Shown piece by piece: positions 1-9,895 of a DNA stretch of 32,000 nt. The translations under genes and the position numbers were made by a program. The notes below the pieces were generated by a model. That model saw nothing but the letters and a program-made list of their open reading frames with translations. It ran no database searches and was not told where the DNA came from. Position 1 is the stretch's first letter, and the number at the start of each line of letters is the position of its first letter. This DNA comes from Wolbachia endosymbiont of Drosophila innubila (GTDB lineage: Bacteria > Pseudomonadota > Alphaproteobacteria > Rickettsiales > Anaplasmataceae), in contig NZ_CP076228.1 in assembly GCF_021378375.1 (NCBI RefSeq), forward strand, positions 1,080,001-1,112,000, in the 5' to 3' direction.

Positions 1-652
1 CGTTCTTACTATTTATACCACATAATGTGGAATAAAGGTCATCTGCGCCTGGAGTGGTAAGATTATCGCTATTATCTTCTCTGTCATTATTGATGCATGT
101 TCCAAGTGTTCCAATAGACGCAGCATTATAGCCAGAGTTTTGCCAGATCTGGCGGCAAAATTCTACTACTGAAGTTTTACCATTTGTACCAGTTACAGCA
201 GCAACATATTTGGGCTGTTTGAATTGATAAAACCTGCTGACTATTTCTCTGTATATTTCTTGAGGGTTTGGGTGGTCAAGCACTGCAAAACTCGGAGTAT
301 TTGTCATGCAAGTAGCTGACACTGGAATCCAGTTTTTATTATGCAATTGCTTAGTGTGTTCATTTGCAATTAAATTTTCTGGATCCAAGTAGTCAAGCAC
401 TGGGATGACATCTTTTTTGGTTCCTTGTATGACAACGTCTACACAGTCGTGTGCGTGATACTGGGATTCAGTAGGAAAAATCTGGATACATGCTGGTTTT
501 CTAGATTCCAGCGTCACGCGCTGGAATGACACCGCAGACACACAAACAAAAAGATAACCTTCCTTTACTCTATTGGGATTACATGTAACGCCCTTGATTT
601 CAATATCAAAGTTAACATCAATAATGTTATGCAGTAATTCTCTCAGTTTCAT
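1..652 (-). CDS. murE: UDP-N-acetylmuramoyl-tripeptide synthetase MurE, N-terminal part (continues past the left window edge)
   Basis: Own reverse-strand translation from ATG at 652-650 is open to position 1: MKLRELLHNIIDVNFDIEIKGVTCNPNRVKEGYLFVCV...QPKYVAAVTGTNGKTSVVEFCRQIWQNSGYNAASIGTLGT. It contains the Mur ligase ATP-binding motif GTNGKTS. It is absent from the ORF track because it is truncated at the edge. Confidence 0.88.
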   Translation of the reverse strand, partial: MKLRELLHNIIDVNFDIEIKGVTCNPNRVKEGYLFVCVSAVSFQRVTLESRKPACIQIFPTESQYHAHDCVDVVIQGTKKDVIPVLDYLDPENLIANEHTKQLHNKNWIPVSATCMTNTPSFAVLDHPNPQEIYREIVSRFYQFKQPKYVAAVTGTNGKTSVVEFCRQIWQNSGYNAASIGTLGTCINNDREDNSDNLTTPGADDLYSTLCGINSKN

Positions 653-1860
653 CTGCCAGTTTTAGTGTTCAAACATGGCAACCTTGCTAGTGCAGCATTT
701 AAATCAGAGATTAAATCTTCAGGATCTTCCAGTCCACAAAATATCCGTATAAAACTTCCACCATAATCTGAATTCATTACAGATCTTGACATAGATCTAC
801 GATCTATTGGTAATATCAAACTGTCGCATCCTCCCCAAGAAGCACCGATACCAAAAATTTTCATGTGATCAACCATGCAGCTTAGTTCTTCACATGAATA
901 TTCTCTATCTAGTGCTATACTGAATGTGCCGCTTGCTCCTTTGAAGTAACTTTTCCATAATTCGTGTTGAGGATGGGAGGGAAGTGCTGGATACAAAACT
1001 TTTTTGATTTTTGAATGTTTTTCTAGCCACTTTGCCACTTCCATTGCTGTATTTTGGTACCTTTTCATACGTGTGTACAATGTTCTAAGTCCCCTATGTG
1101 CAAGGTAGCAGTCGTGCGATTGAATGGTTACCCCATAATTTTTATAGCTCTCATAAAGCAATTTAAAAATTTCACCTTCAGCAATAATAGCCCCCATCAC
1201 TAAATCTGAGTGACCGGCTAGATACTTTGTCACCGCATATAGTGCAACATCAACTCCATAATCAAGCGGCTTAAATAACAAAGGAGTGGCCCATGAATTG
1301 TCACAAACGGTCACAATTTTATGTTCCTTAGCAACTTTTACTATATGCTCTATATTCGAAATCTCAAACGTTACAGAACCAGGAGTCTCGATCATTATCA
1401 ATGAAGTATTACTCTGAATTAAATCAGTTATATCCTGTGTTGGATCATAAAAAGTTACTTCTGTTCCTCTTTTTGGTAGCTCATTTTCTGCAAACCTCCT
1501 AAGCCTATAATAACTATTATCTTGAATTAAAACGTGCGAGCCTGCTTTAGCGAAAGTTAGAATAGCAAAAGTAAGTGCAAATAGTCCGGAAGGATAAATA
1601 AGCGCTTGTCCACTCCCTTCAATTTCAGCCAGTGCATTTGAAAGATAATGAACAGTAGGAGTACCAACATTACTGTAGCTATAATCCCTTGCAACACCAT
1701 CGTTGATTACATCGTATATACTTTCTCCATTTGCTGCATTTAAGTAGTCCTTGTAAGTAGGGAATAATATGGTAGAAGAATGATAAACTGGCGGGTTCAT
1801 GGAACCTTTATAGTCATTAAATTTTCTTCCTGCTTTAACTAATATAGACTCTTCCTTCAC
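649..1860 (-). CDS. metC: Cys/Met metabolism PLP-dependent enzyme, cystathionine beta-lyase-like
   Basis: 403-aa ORF with the Cys/Met PLP-enzyme pattern (SYSNVGTPTVHYL, DNSWATPLLFKPLDYGVDVALYAVTKYLAGHSDLVMG). The stop overlaps the murE start (ATGA). Confidence 0.85.
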   Translation of the reverse strand: MKEESILVKAGRKFNDYKGSMNPPVYHSSTILFPTYKDYLNAANGESIYDVINDGVARDYSYSNVGTPTVHYLSNALAEIEGSGQALIYPSGLFALTFAILTFAKAGSHVLIQDNSYYRLRRFAENELPKRGTEVTFYDPTQDITDLIQSNTSLIMIETPGSVTFEISNIEHIVKVAKEHKIVTVCDNSWATPLLFKPLDYGVDVALYAVTKYLAGHSDLVMGAIIAEGEIFKLLYESYKNYGVTIQSHDCYLAHRGLRTLYTRMKRYQNTAMEVAKWLEKHSKIKKVLYPALPSHPQHELWKSYFKGASGTFSIALDREYSCEELSCMVDHMKIFGIGASWGGCDSLILPIDRRSMSRSVMNSDYGGSFIRIFCGLEDPEDLISDLNAALARLPCLNTKTGR

Positions 1861-1867
1861 ATTTTTA

Positions 1868-2173
1868 TTATTTATTTTTTAAATTGTACTCATCTTGCGT
1901 ATACAAGTGAAGAGAAATTGCATGTATTAGCTCTATCTCACCCTTCAATAACTCATAAATCAACTTGTGTCTTTTTAGAACGCTCATTCCAATAAAGCCG
2001 TCAGATATTAATATTAATTTAATGTGCGAAGGTAATGTTGAAGATGAAGCAAAATAATGATCAGTATGCTTTGCTGATTCATCGATAATGTTGATATCAA
2101 TTACATCTATCGAATCGCGTATCTTTTCTTCTATTGCCTTAATAATGTCCATAATGGTTTCTTTAAGCAACAA
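1868..2173 (-). CDS. BolA-family protein
   Basis: 101-aa ORF with BolA-like pattern (DESAKHTDHYFASSS...F.GMSVLKRHKLIYELL...IHAISLHLYTQDEY). Confidence 0.8.
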   Translation of the reverse strand: MLLKETIMDIIKAIEEKIRDSIDVIDINIIDESAKHTDHYFASSSTLPSHIKLILISDGFIGMSVLKRHKLIYELLKGEIELIHAISLHLYTQDEYNLKNK

Positions 2174-2231
2174 TATGCTCCTCCTGTCATCTCAGTGTCA
2201 GCTACTCGGATGACAGGAAAAGTGATCACAA

Positions 2232-4154
2232 TTATTTATTCTCTTCTTTATTATCTATGTCTTGATAATCAGAATCTACTACTTTTTCCTCTTTATCATT
2301 TGGATTTCCTTCTGATGAAAAGCCATTTTCAGCACTATTTTGTTGAGATGTTTGATACATAGCTTCTCCAAGTTTCATAGATAATTGAGAAAGATTAGTA
2401 ACTTTCTGCTGTATTGAATCAGCGTCATCAATGTTATCAGATTTACTAACTTCTTTTAATTCGTTAACTGCATTTTCAATAGCAGATCTATCTTCTGGTG
2501 AAACTTTATCACCATACTCTGTCAGAGACTTTTCTGTAGAATGGACTAAGCTATCCGCTTGATTCTTCACTTCAATAAACTTTTTGCGCTTTTCATCTTC
2601 TTGCGCTTTTTCTTCAGCTTCTTTTACCATGCGATTTATTTCATTATCAGATAAACCACCTGAAGATTGAATGCGTATTTTTTGCTCTTTTCCAGTAGCT
2701 TTATCTTTTGCAGAAACGTGTGCTATTCCATTTGCATCTATATCAAATGTCACTTCAATTTGTGGCCTTCCGCGCGGAGCAGGAGGTATCCCTTCCAAAC
2801 TAAACTGACCGAGTAGCTTATTATCAACTGCCAGTTTTCTTTCACCCTGATGCACCTTAATTGTAACAGCTGTTTGGTTATCTTCTGCAGTTGAAAACAC
2901 CTGAGATTTTTTAGTAGGAATTGTAGTATTACGCTCAATAAGTGGAGTGAATACTCCTCCTAGAGTTTCAATACCAAGAGAAAGTGGGGTCACATCAAGT
3001 AGTAACACATCTCTTACATCACCTTGAATGATCCCCGCCTGTATTGCAGCTCCAATTGCTACAACTTCATCAGGGTTAACTCCTCTATGTGGATCTTTGC
3101 CAAAGAATTCTTTAACTTTCTCTATGACTTTTGGCATACGAGTCATGCCACCAACAAGAACCACTTCGCCAATTTGACTAGCAGATAAACCAGCATCCTC
3201 AAGAGCTTTTTTACAAGGAGCCATAGTTCTTTCGATTAAATCATTCACTAAGCTTTCAAGTTTTGCTCTCGTTAATTTCATATTTAAGTGTTTTGGACCA
3301 CTTGCATCAGCTGTAATAAACGGTAGATTTATTTCCGTTTCCATTGCACTTGATAATTCAATTTTCGCTTTTTCAGCAGCTTCTTTGATTCTTTGCATAG
3401 CCATTGGATCATTTTTCAAATCAATGCCATTACTTTTCTTGAATTCATCTAGTAAATAACTCACTACTCCATTATCAAAGTCTTCACCTCCAAGATGGGT
3501 ATCACCGTTTGTTGCTTTCACTTCGAAAACTCCATCACCTATTTCAAGTATTGAAACGTCAAATGTACCACCACCAAGGTCATATACTACTATTGTGTGC
3601 CCATGTTTCTTATCAAGACCATAAGCAAGTGCTGCAGCAGTCGGTTCATTTACTATTCTGAGTACATTTAATCCGGCAATTTTTCCTGCATCTTTTGTTG
3701 CTTGACGTTGAGAGTCGTTGAAGTATGCTGGCACTGTTATCACAGCATCTTTTACTTCCTCTCCAAGATAAGCTTCTGCTGCCTCTTTCATGTTTTGTAG
3801 TATAAATGCACCAATTTGACTAGGAGAATATTCTTTATTATCAGTTGTTTTAACCCATGCATCACCACTTTTTGCTGCAAATACTTTGTATGGTACACTT
3901 AGATTTTTCATCTCAGGATCACTATATTGACGGCCTATTAATCTCTTAGTAGCAAAAAAGGTATTACTTGCATTGGTGGTTGCTTGCCTTTTTGCTGGAG
4001 CACCAATCAACCTTTCTCCTGAAGAAGTCAATGCAACTATAGATGGAGTAGTTCTTGCCCCTTCTTTATTTTCTATTACCTTTGTATCCTTGCCCTGCAT
4101 TATTGCAACACAAGAATTTGTTGTTCCGAGATCTATGCCTATTGCTCTTCCCAT
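2232..4154 (-). CDS. dnaK: Chaperone protein DnaK (Hsp70)
   Basis: 640-aa ORF with Hsp70 signatures [25 protein letters not shown] and [12 protein letters not shown]. Confidence 0.99.
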   Translation of the reverse strand: MGRAIGIDLGTTNSCVAIMQGKDTKVIENKEGARTTPSIVALTSSGERLIGAPAKRQATTNASNTFFATKRLIGRQYSDPEMKNLSVPYKVFAAKSGDAWVKTTDNKEYSPSQIGAFILQNMKEAAEAYLGEEVKDAVITVPAYFNDSQRQATKDAGKIAGLNVLRIVNEPTAAALAYGLDKKHGHTIVVYDLGGGTFDVSILEIGDGVFEVKATNGDTHLGGEDFDNGVVSYLLDEFKKSNGIDLKNDPMAMQRIKEAAEKAKIELSSAMETEINLPFITADASGPKHLNMKLTRAKLESLVNDLIERTMAPCKKALEDAGLSASQIGEVVLVGGMTRMPKVIEKVKEFFGKDPHRGVNPDEVVAIGAAIQAGIIQGDVRDVLLLDVTPLSLGIETLGGVFTPLIERNTTIPTKKSQVFSTAEDNQTAVTIKVHQGERKLAVDNKLLGQFSLEGIPPAPRGRPQIEVTFDIDANGIAHVSAKDKATGKEQKIRIQSSGGLSDNEINRMVKEAEEKAQEDEKRKKFIEVKNQADSLVHSTEKSLTEYGDKVSPEDRSAIENAVNELKEVSKSDNIDDADSIQQKVTNLSQLSMKLGEAMYQTSQQNSAENGFSSEGNPNDKEEKVVDSDYQDIDNKEENK

Positions 4155-4240
4155 AATGAGTACCCCATTGTAAATATTATCTGATATAAGAATATATAAG
4201 TATAGGGCTCATTAATTACAAGCCCAATTTAGGTTTCTAA

Positions 4241-6004
4241 TTAGTTATTAGAACTTAAAAGGCGCGAAAGCCACTTAGTCAGCCAAAAATTGCCTCGTAG
4301 TTTATTTGAATTATCAGCTTCTTCATTGCTGCTATCCCCAATTTGGTATCCAGAGTTCTGTAATGGCTTATAACCGTTTAAATTAACATCATCTCCTTGT
4401 TTTAAAACAAATGTATTTACATCTAAACTGTTATCAATACTAACGTTCAATGTAATATTAAACTCTTTTTCGATTGTAGAAACTGTATTGCGTTTGTTAT
4501 TAAAAATGTGCGCTATAACTGCACTGTGTGCTACTAAATCAAAAGACTTATTTCGATTCTTGTTAGCAATATGTTGTAAATCCCTTAGTATTGATGAAAC
4601 AATTACTTCGTTTGATTTTACTCTTCCAGTACCTTTGCAGTGTAAACACTCTGTAGTATTAATTTCTTGTATGTTTGGTTTAATTCTTTGCCTTGAAAAT
4701 ACCATTAAACCAAAGTCATTTATGTAGCTAAATTGAACTTTAGCTTTATCATCTTTAAACGCTTGCTTTATAGCAGACTCAACAGCTCTGCAATACTGAT
4801 ATTTCAACATATCAATAAAATCGACTACTATTAATCCTGATAGGCCCCTAAGATTCACCTGTCTTGATATTTCAGGTACTGCTTCCATGTTGGTTCTATA
4901 AGCTGTTTCTTCTATGCTATCTTCTCCTGTCATCTTTCCTGAATTTACGTCTATTGAAACAAACGCCTCAGTTAAAGTTATTATCAAAGACCCACCAGAT
5001 GGCAATTCTACTCTATTGCTATATAACTCAGAAATTTGATCTTCGATTCCGTAGTAAGTAAAGATCGGAGCATAACCTCTATACAATCTATAGCGCAACT
5101 TACTACCTTTTAGTGCATTATTAGCATATTGCCTAACTGCCTCAAAAGCTTCCTTTCCAGACACTATAACTTCTATACCATCGCTACAAAAATCACGAAC
5201 AGATCTCATAATTACATCTGCTTCATTGTAAATTAATGATGGAACGTTTACAGAGAAGGCATTTTTTTGAATGCTCTGCCATAATGAGGATAAGTAATTG
5301 TAATCCTGCTCAATTTCTTTCTTATTTTTTCCTGAACCAACAGTTCTTACTATTAAACCTGATCTTTTTGGCAAGTTTATTGAACTCAGCATCTCCTTTA
5401 ACTGCTTTCTGACATTAGCATCTTCAATTCTGCGGGACACTCCACCTTTGCTCATGGAATTTGGCATGAAAACACAGTATCTACCCACTAAAGTTATGTA
5501 TGTTGTAAATGAAGCTCCTTTATTGCCTCGTTCCTCTTTAGTTAGCTGGACCAATACTTTTTGATTTACTGAAATAACATCTTGTAATTTGTATTTTTTA
5601 TATAAAGGTACCTCTCTTACAAAACCACTACCTGATCCGTTGACATTCTTACTAGCTGCAGAATCTGAAGAAACATTTGCTGAGGCTTCTTCTATACAAT
5701 CGTCATTTGAGTAGCCCTCAAAGATAGTTTCCTTTTCTTTTTCTGGAATGTTGAAGTAATCTAGAGATATCTCGGAAAAAGACAAAAAACCTTGCTTATT
5801 TTTCCCATATTCAATAAATACGGCTTGCAAAGAAGGCTCTATACGCTTTATATAAGCAACGTATATATTACCTCTTAATTGTTTTTTTTCCTTGAATTCT
5901 TGTTCAAATTCTACAACCTTGTTATTAATTGACAAGGCAACTCTTACCTCATTAGAACAGATAGAATTTTCTATCAATAATACCCTTTTACCACTATTTG
6001 TCAC
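4241..6004 (-). CDS. rng: Ribonuclease E/G family protein
   Basis: 587-aa ORF with N-terminal S1-like region (GNIYVAYIKRIEPSLQAVFIEYGKNKQGFLSFSEI) and catalytic/zinc region (SVDVNSGK-like motif, GLIVVDFIDM, CLHCKGTGRV). Could also be annotated rne. Confidence 0.9.
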   Translation of the reverse strand: MTNSGKRVLLIENSICSNEVRVALSINNKVVEFEQEFKEKKQLRGNIYVAYIKRIEPSLQAVFIEYGKNKQGFLSFSEISLDYFNIPEKEKETIFEGYSNDDCIEEASANVSSDSAASKNVNGSGSGFVREVPLYKKYKLQDVISVNQKVLVQLTKEERGNKGASFTTYITLVGRYCVFMPNSMSKGGVSRRIEDANVRKQLKEMLSSINLPKRSGLIVRTVGSGKNKKEIEQDYNYLSSLWQSIQKNAFSVNVPSLIYNEADVIMRSVRDFCSDGIEVIVSGKEAFEAVRQYANNALKGSKLRYRLYRGYAPIFTYYGIEDQISELYSNRVELPSGGSLIITLTEAFVSIDVNSGKMTGEDSIEETAYRTNMEAVPEISRQVNLRGLSGLIVVDFIDMLKYQYCRAVESAIKQAFKDDKAKVQFSYINDFGLMVFSRQRIKPNIQEINTTECLHCKGTGRVKSNEVIVSSILRDLQHIANKNRNKSFDLVAHSAVIAHIFNNKRNTVSTIEKEFNITLNVSIDNSLDVNTFVLKQGDDVNLNGYKPLQNSGYQIGDSSNEEADNSNKLRGNFWLTKWLSRLLSSNN

Positions 6005-6153
6005 TTATTTACCGTTTGCTTTTTATTCTGAAGTTAACTTTATGCTACTTAATGCACTGTTGATTGTCAAGGATTTTGCAATCTGCATTATTCGATTGAC
6101 TTTTAGTATTTTGCGTAATAAACTCGCATAGAATTTATTATATCATTATAAGT

Positions 6154-6354
6154 ATGGCGAAAAAAAATGCTTCTTTGCTCGTTAAGTTAGTCAGCACTGC
6201 AATCAAGATAACAAAAACTGGTGAAGAAAAATCAACTGGCTATTTTTATGTAAAAAAGCGTAATCCAAAAAAGCTCACCAAAAAACTGGAGTTTAGGAAG
6301 TATGACCCAGTAGTCAGAAGGCATGTGTTATTTAAAGAAGAAAAACTAAAGTAA
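6154..6354 (+). CDS. rpmG: 50S ribosomal protein L33
   Basis: 66-aa basic protein containing [36 protein letters not shown]. Confidence 0.95.
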   Translation: MAKKNASLLVKLVSTAIKITKTGEEKSTGYFYVKKRNPKKLTKKLEFRKYDPVVRRHVLFKEEKLK

Positions 6355-6379
6355 TTTTTTTATAAGGAATTTTATTATT

Positions 6380-6655
6380 ATGCAAAATTTACAATTAAGT
6401 TATCCTATAATAGTAGAGTTGGGGGATGTGAAAGATACAAAACTGAAATTAATAAAGGTCATTGCACAATTAATAAGTAAGAAGTACACAACACAGAAAA
6501 AAGCAGCAAACGCTCTAAAGATTGATCAACCTAAAGTATCTCAAATCAATAGGTCAAAAATCGAAGGGTTCTCCTTAGAATACTTGCTTAACTTATTGAT
6601 TGTATTGGGCCAAGACATAAACGTAAGAATAAAGCATAATTCTAAACCTGCATAA
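6380..6655 (+). CDS. Small XRE/HTH-domain protein (antitoxin-like)
   Basis: 91-aa ORF with helix-turn-helix region KYTTQKKAANALKIDQPKVSQINRSKIEGFSLEYLLNLLIVLG, resembling HigA-type XRE proteins. Confidence 0.75.
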   Translation: MQNLQLSYPIIVELGDVKDTKLKLIKVIAQLISKKYTTQKKAANALKIDQPKVSQINRSKIEGFSLEYLLNLLIVLGQDINVRIKHNSKPA

Positions 6656-6699
6656 TATGGTATCCGTTCAGCGGAGTGGCAAAATAAGGTAGACAAGAT

Positions 6700-6876
6700 A
6701 AATCAATCTCGGTGTCAAGCACTGGGATGATAAGGTATAAACCTTATCGTCATGCCGCCGCGAACCGTCATACCGCGATTCATTCGCGGTATCTCTAGAT
6801 CCCGCTAACAAGTAGCGGGATGACGGTTATCAGGCCAGCACCCCTACGATGTCATCCCAGTGCTTGACACTGGGAT
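6700..6876. repeat. Cluster of short palindromic repeats (Wolbachia-type)
   Basis: ATCCCGCTAACAAGTAGCGGGATGACG and CATCCCAGTGCTTGACACTGGGATG are hairpins that recur elsewhere in the window. Confidence 0.85.
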
Positions 6877-7166
6877 GGCTTTGTTGCATCGCTCAAGTGA
6901 AAAGAACTGGCAGTTACTGACAAAATTCATTATAAATAGCCATTTAACTGTTGAAGAAAAAATATGCCACAAAAAATGAGAGTCAGTAACTGCCATGAAT
7001 ATAACAAATTTCTCCAAGAAAGAGGAAGCATTTTTTGTTATATCAATGACGCCATAGAAAATTGGTACGAGAATTGTCCAAAAATGCAGGGCGGCAACTA
7101 TATTTATAGTGATAAAGTTGTGATTTTGGTGCATATAATCGTCAGTTTCTTTAGAATTGGTTTAAG

Positions 7167-8079
7167 AGGTTGTTCGGAAACTAGTAAATTCAAGCATATT
7201 CCCTCTTTAACATAACCCTACTCATAGCTAGGTATATGAAATTCTCAGTGGATGTTGTGAGTAAATCATACTCCTTCGATAGCCTTCTATTCCTATTAAC
7301 CCAAGCAAAAGTCCTTTCTACAACCCATCTTCTTGGCTGTACTTTAAACCCTTGTTCTCTTGTTGGTAGTAGCTCAGGTGGCGTATCTTTGTGCACCCAA
7401 AATCTACATGGAGGCCTTTTAACAATTTCAATATCTATGTCATATTCTTCCTTTATGTGATTCTTTAAATTTCTTCCTTGGTATCCCATGTCAGCCCACA
7501 TTTTTAACTTTAGTATATTTTGTTCTCATATTGTTTAATGCTATTTTAATACCATCTCTATCATTTTCGTTAGCAGCGCCTACGTAACAACCTAGTATAA
7601 AACCCTGAGTGTCTGTAATTATATGCCTTTTTCTACCCTTTACTTTTTTACTTCCATCATAGCTTTGATCCCCCTTTTCTGTAGTCTTTACAGATTGACT
7701 ATCTACTATACAGGCACTCGGCTGCTCATTCTTTCCTATTTTCTTCTACTATATTTTGTAATTTCATAATTCATTTTCTCAAAAATTCCCTGCTTCTTCC
7801 ATTGCCTGAACTGCTCATACACAGTCTTCCATAGCGGAAAATCATTTGGTAAATACCGCCATTGACACCCTGTACGCAATACATAGAAAATTGCTTCTAA
7901 TATTTCTTTTTGCTATACTTTGGCAGCCTTCCTCCTTTCTTGTATGATACTCTGAAGTGTTTTTCTATTCTTGCCCATTCCCTTTCGCTTAGATCTGTTG
8001 GATACTTTTTTTTTTCTCATCTTTACCCCGTACTAAAATTTCAGATATTATAGCCTTTTACTTGTTTCCGGACAACCTC
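7167..8079 (-). mobile_element. IS5-like element (913-bp type), copy 1, nested inside the element 6877-8835
   Basis: Termini GAGGTTGTTCGGAAACTAGT and ACTTGTTTCCGGACAACCTC are inverted. The flanks give a TAA target duplication. Transposase C-terminal ORF at 7190-7501. Confidence 0.88.
7190..7501 (-). pseudogene. IS5-like transposase C-terminal fragment
   Basis: MWADMGYQGRNLKN...RRWVVERTFAWVNRNRRLSKEYD, typical IS5-group DDE C-terminus. The N-terminal half is in other frames. Confidence 0.85.
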
Positions 8080-8389
8080 TAAGACAAACAGTCGGGTTTA
8101 TAAAAGGGTATTTGCAACAAATAGGAAGAGATTTGCAGCTATTCACAAGCATCAAAAGAAACTTAATATTAAGATAAATGATTGCAGAAAATAATATGGA
8201 AGATATCGAAATTGCTATAGACAGTACAGGAATTAGTATATACAACAACACACAGCAAGGAAAATAGCACTGACAGAAAATATCGTGGCTATGAGCAAAC
8301 GAGAAAATTGCACGTAATGTTGAATATAAACAACAAAAAAGCCATAGCTGTAAAATACAGTAACGGCTGATCACTATGGAGCTTGTGAT

Positions 8390-8782
8390 TTGCTAAAAGA
8401 AGTTGATTTTCAGCATGCCATAAAAGCACTATATGCAGATAGAGCATGTGATAGGCACAAGTTTTATAAGTTGTGTAACGAATATGATATAAAGACAAAA
8501 ATTCCACCAATAAACAATGCGGCAGAACATCCAGAAATAGATTATATGTCTGACAGGAATGCTGCTATTAGGTTAATAAAATTATACGGTGAAGGTGGCA
8601 TGAAAGAATGGAAAAAAGAAGTAAATTATGGGAAAAGATCTTATATTGAAGGGTTTTTCTCAAGATTAAAGCAAATATTCGGATTTAGTTTTAGGAATAA
8701 ATCTGAGATAAATCGAGAAAAAGAACTAAATGCTATTTGCTTAATAAATTCACTGATATTGGTATGGCTAAATTTGAGATAG
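8390..8782 (+). pseudogene. IS5-like transposase C-terminal fragment (copy A)
   Basis: ALYADRACDRHKFYKL...GKRSYIEGFFSRLKQIFGFSFRNKSE, nearly the same as 18967-19218. Confidence 0.8.
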
Positions 8783-9013
8783 TTACATGAATTTACCATA
8801 AATCACCATCTCATAAAGTGTGATGCAACAAAGCCCACTGGGATCCAGGAATTTTATTAAGTTAGTAAGCATAAAAGCAGCCATTTTATGTTAAATACAA
8901 CGTTTTGATGATTATGAAAAAGCTGGATTCCAGACTGGAATGACACCATTTGTTGTAAACTCACTTCTTCTTGATTTGTAGAACAATAAAACAGTAAGCT
9001 AAAAGGGAACTTA

Positions 9014-9895
9014 TTACTCAACAAAACAAGACTTAAAATTTTGTGCAATGCTATTGATTATAGCTAGATATGCATCTTTTCCAGGCTCTATGTCTGATCC
9101 AATAGGATCAAGAACTACCATTTTTGCGTCATTAGAAAGGGCGTTAGGCTTTATGCTATCTTCCTGTGAATGAGCAAATATACATTTAACGTTTTCTTCC
9201 TTCATTATCTTTTTTAGCTTCATTAAACTCTTCATACCTATGTAAGAATCCTCTTCTATGGAAAGAATAGCGCTTGGATGATTTAGACCGAAATATTTTT
9301 CAAAATATTGATAAGCATCATGAGTAACGATGTATTTTTGATTTTTAAAATCATTCAGTTCTTTCATGATTTCTTTTACTTCTTGGTCTATTTTTTTTAT
9401 AGCTTTTGTTGCATTAGAACTGTATCGATGGGAATTTCCTTTATCTATGTCAGACAATGTTGCACTTATAGAAAGTATCATGCTCTTTGCATTTTCGGGA
9501 CTCAGCCACATGTGTAAATCTTTTTCATCTTGAATGTGAGTGATTTTTCTAGAAAATGAATGTGGCCGAGTAGGAAGTAGGTTGATTGCCTTTGACAATT
9601 GCACTAGTTCTTTATTATTTTTGGCGAAAGTTTGAACAAACGTCTCTAAGTTATCGTCAACATAAAATATAACGTCACTTGATTCTAAATTACTCGCATC
9701 AGATGGCTTTAATATATAATTATGTGCAGATGTTGCATAGCCAAGCAATTCCGGTTCTAAAATCCCTTCTGTAACAGAAGCTACAAGTGAGTGGATAGGT
9801 TTGATTGTAGCTACAACTTTTAAATTGGATGAAAAGGCAATATTATAGTATAGTGTAAGTGAAAGTAATAGAAAAAAAGCCAGTAAATGTCTCAT
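9014..9895 (-). CDS. znuA: Zinc/metal ABC transporter substrate-binding protein
   Basis: 293-aa ORF with a Sec-type signal peptide (MRHLLAFFLLLSLTLYYNIAFS) and the family pattern VVATIKPIHSLVASVTEG...HMWLSPENAKSM...THDAYQYFEKYFGL. Confidence 0.88.
   Translation of the reverse strand: MRHLLAFFLLLSLTLYYNIAFSSNLKVVATIKPIHSLVASVTEGILEPELLGYATSAHNYILKPSDASNLESSDVIFYVDDNLETFVQTFAKNNKELVQLSKAINLLPTRPHSFSRKITHIQDEKDLHMWLSPENAKSMILSISATLSDIDKGNSHRYSSNATKAIKKIDQEVKEIMKELNDFKNQKYIVTHDAYQYFEKYFGLNHPSAILSIEEDSYIGMKSLMKLKKIMKEENVKCIFAHSQEDSIKPNALSNDAKMVVLDPIGSDIEPGKDAYLAIINSIAQNFKSCFVE

Larger units (their letters stand above)
6877..8835 (+). mobile_element. IS5-like element, copy A, degenerate and interrupted by another IS
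   Basis: Terminal inverted repeats GGCTTTGTTGCATCGC... and ...GTGATGCAACAAAGCC. Removing the 913-bp insert plus a 3-bp duplication leaves 1043 bp, the same length as copy B at 18221-19263. The transposase is recognisable in pieces (6964-7168, 8390-8782). Confidence 0.85.

Noticed and set aside
2750-2938. Antisense ORF inside dnaK, plus similar antisense ORFs 3973-4173, 4488-4727, 4864-5061 and 9308-9517
   Set aside because: They lie wholly or mostly opposite strongly supported genes and have no recognisable domain, so they are shadow ORFs.
6660-6698. tRNA-like or tmRNA-like gene suggested by GCGGAGTGGCAAAA
   Set aside because: No cloverleaf, T-loop GTTCRA or acceptor pairing could be found. 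No convincing tRNA or rRNA gene was recognised by eye, and a tRNAscan-SE run would be needed to exclude one.
8048-8374. Hydrophobic minus-strand ORF repeated at 18443-18796, considered as a membrane protein family
   Set aside because: Both lie antisense to the two IS5-like copies and are similar only because the elements are similar.
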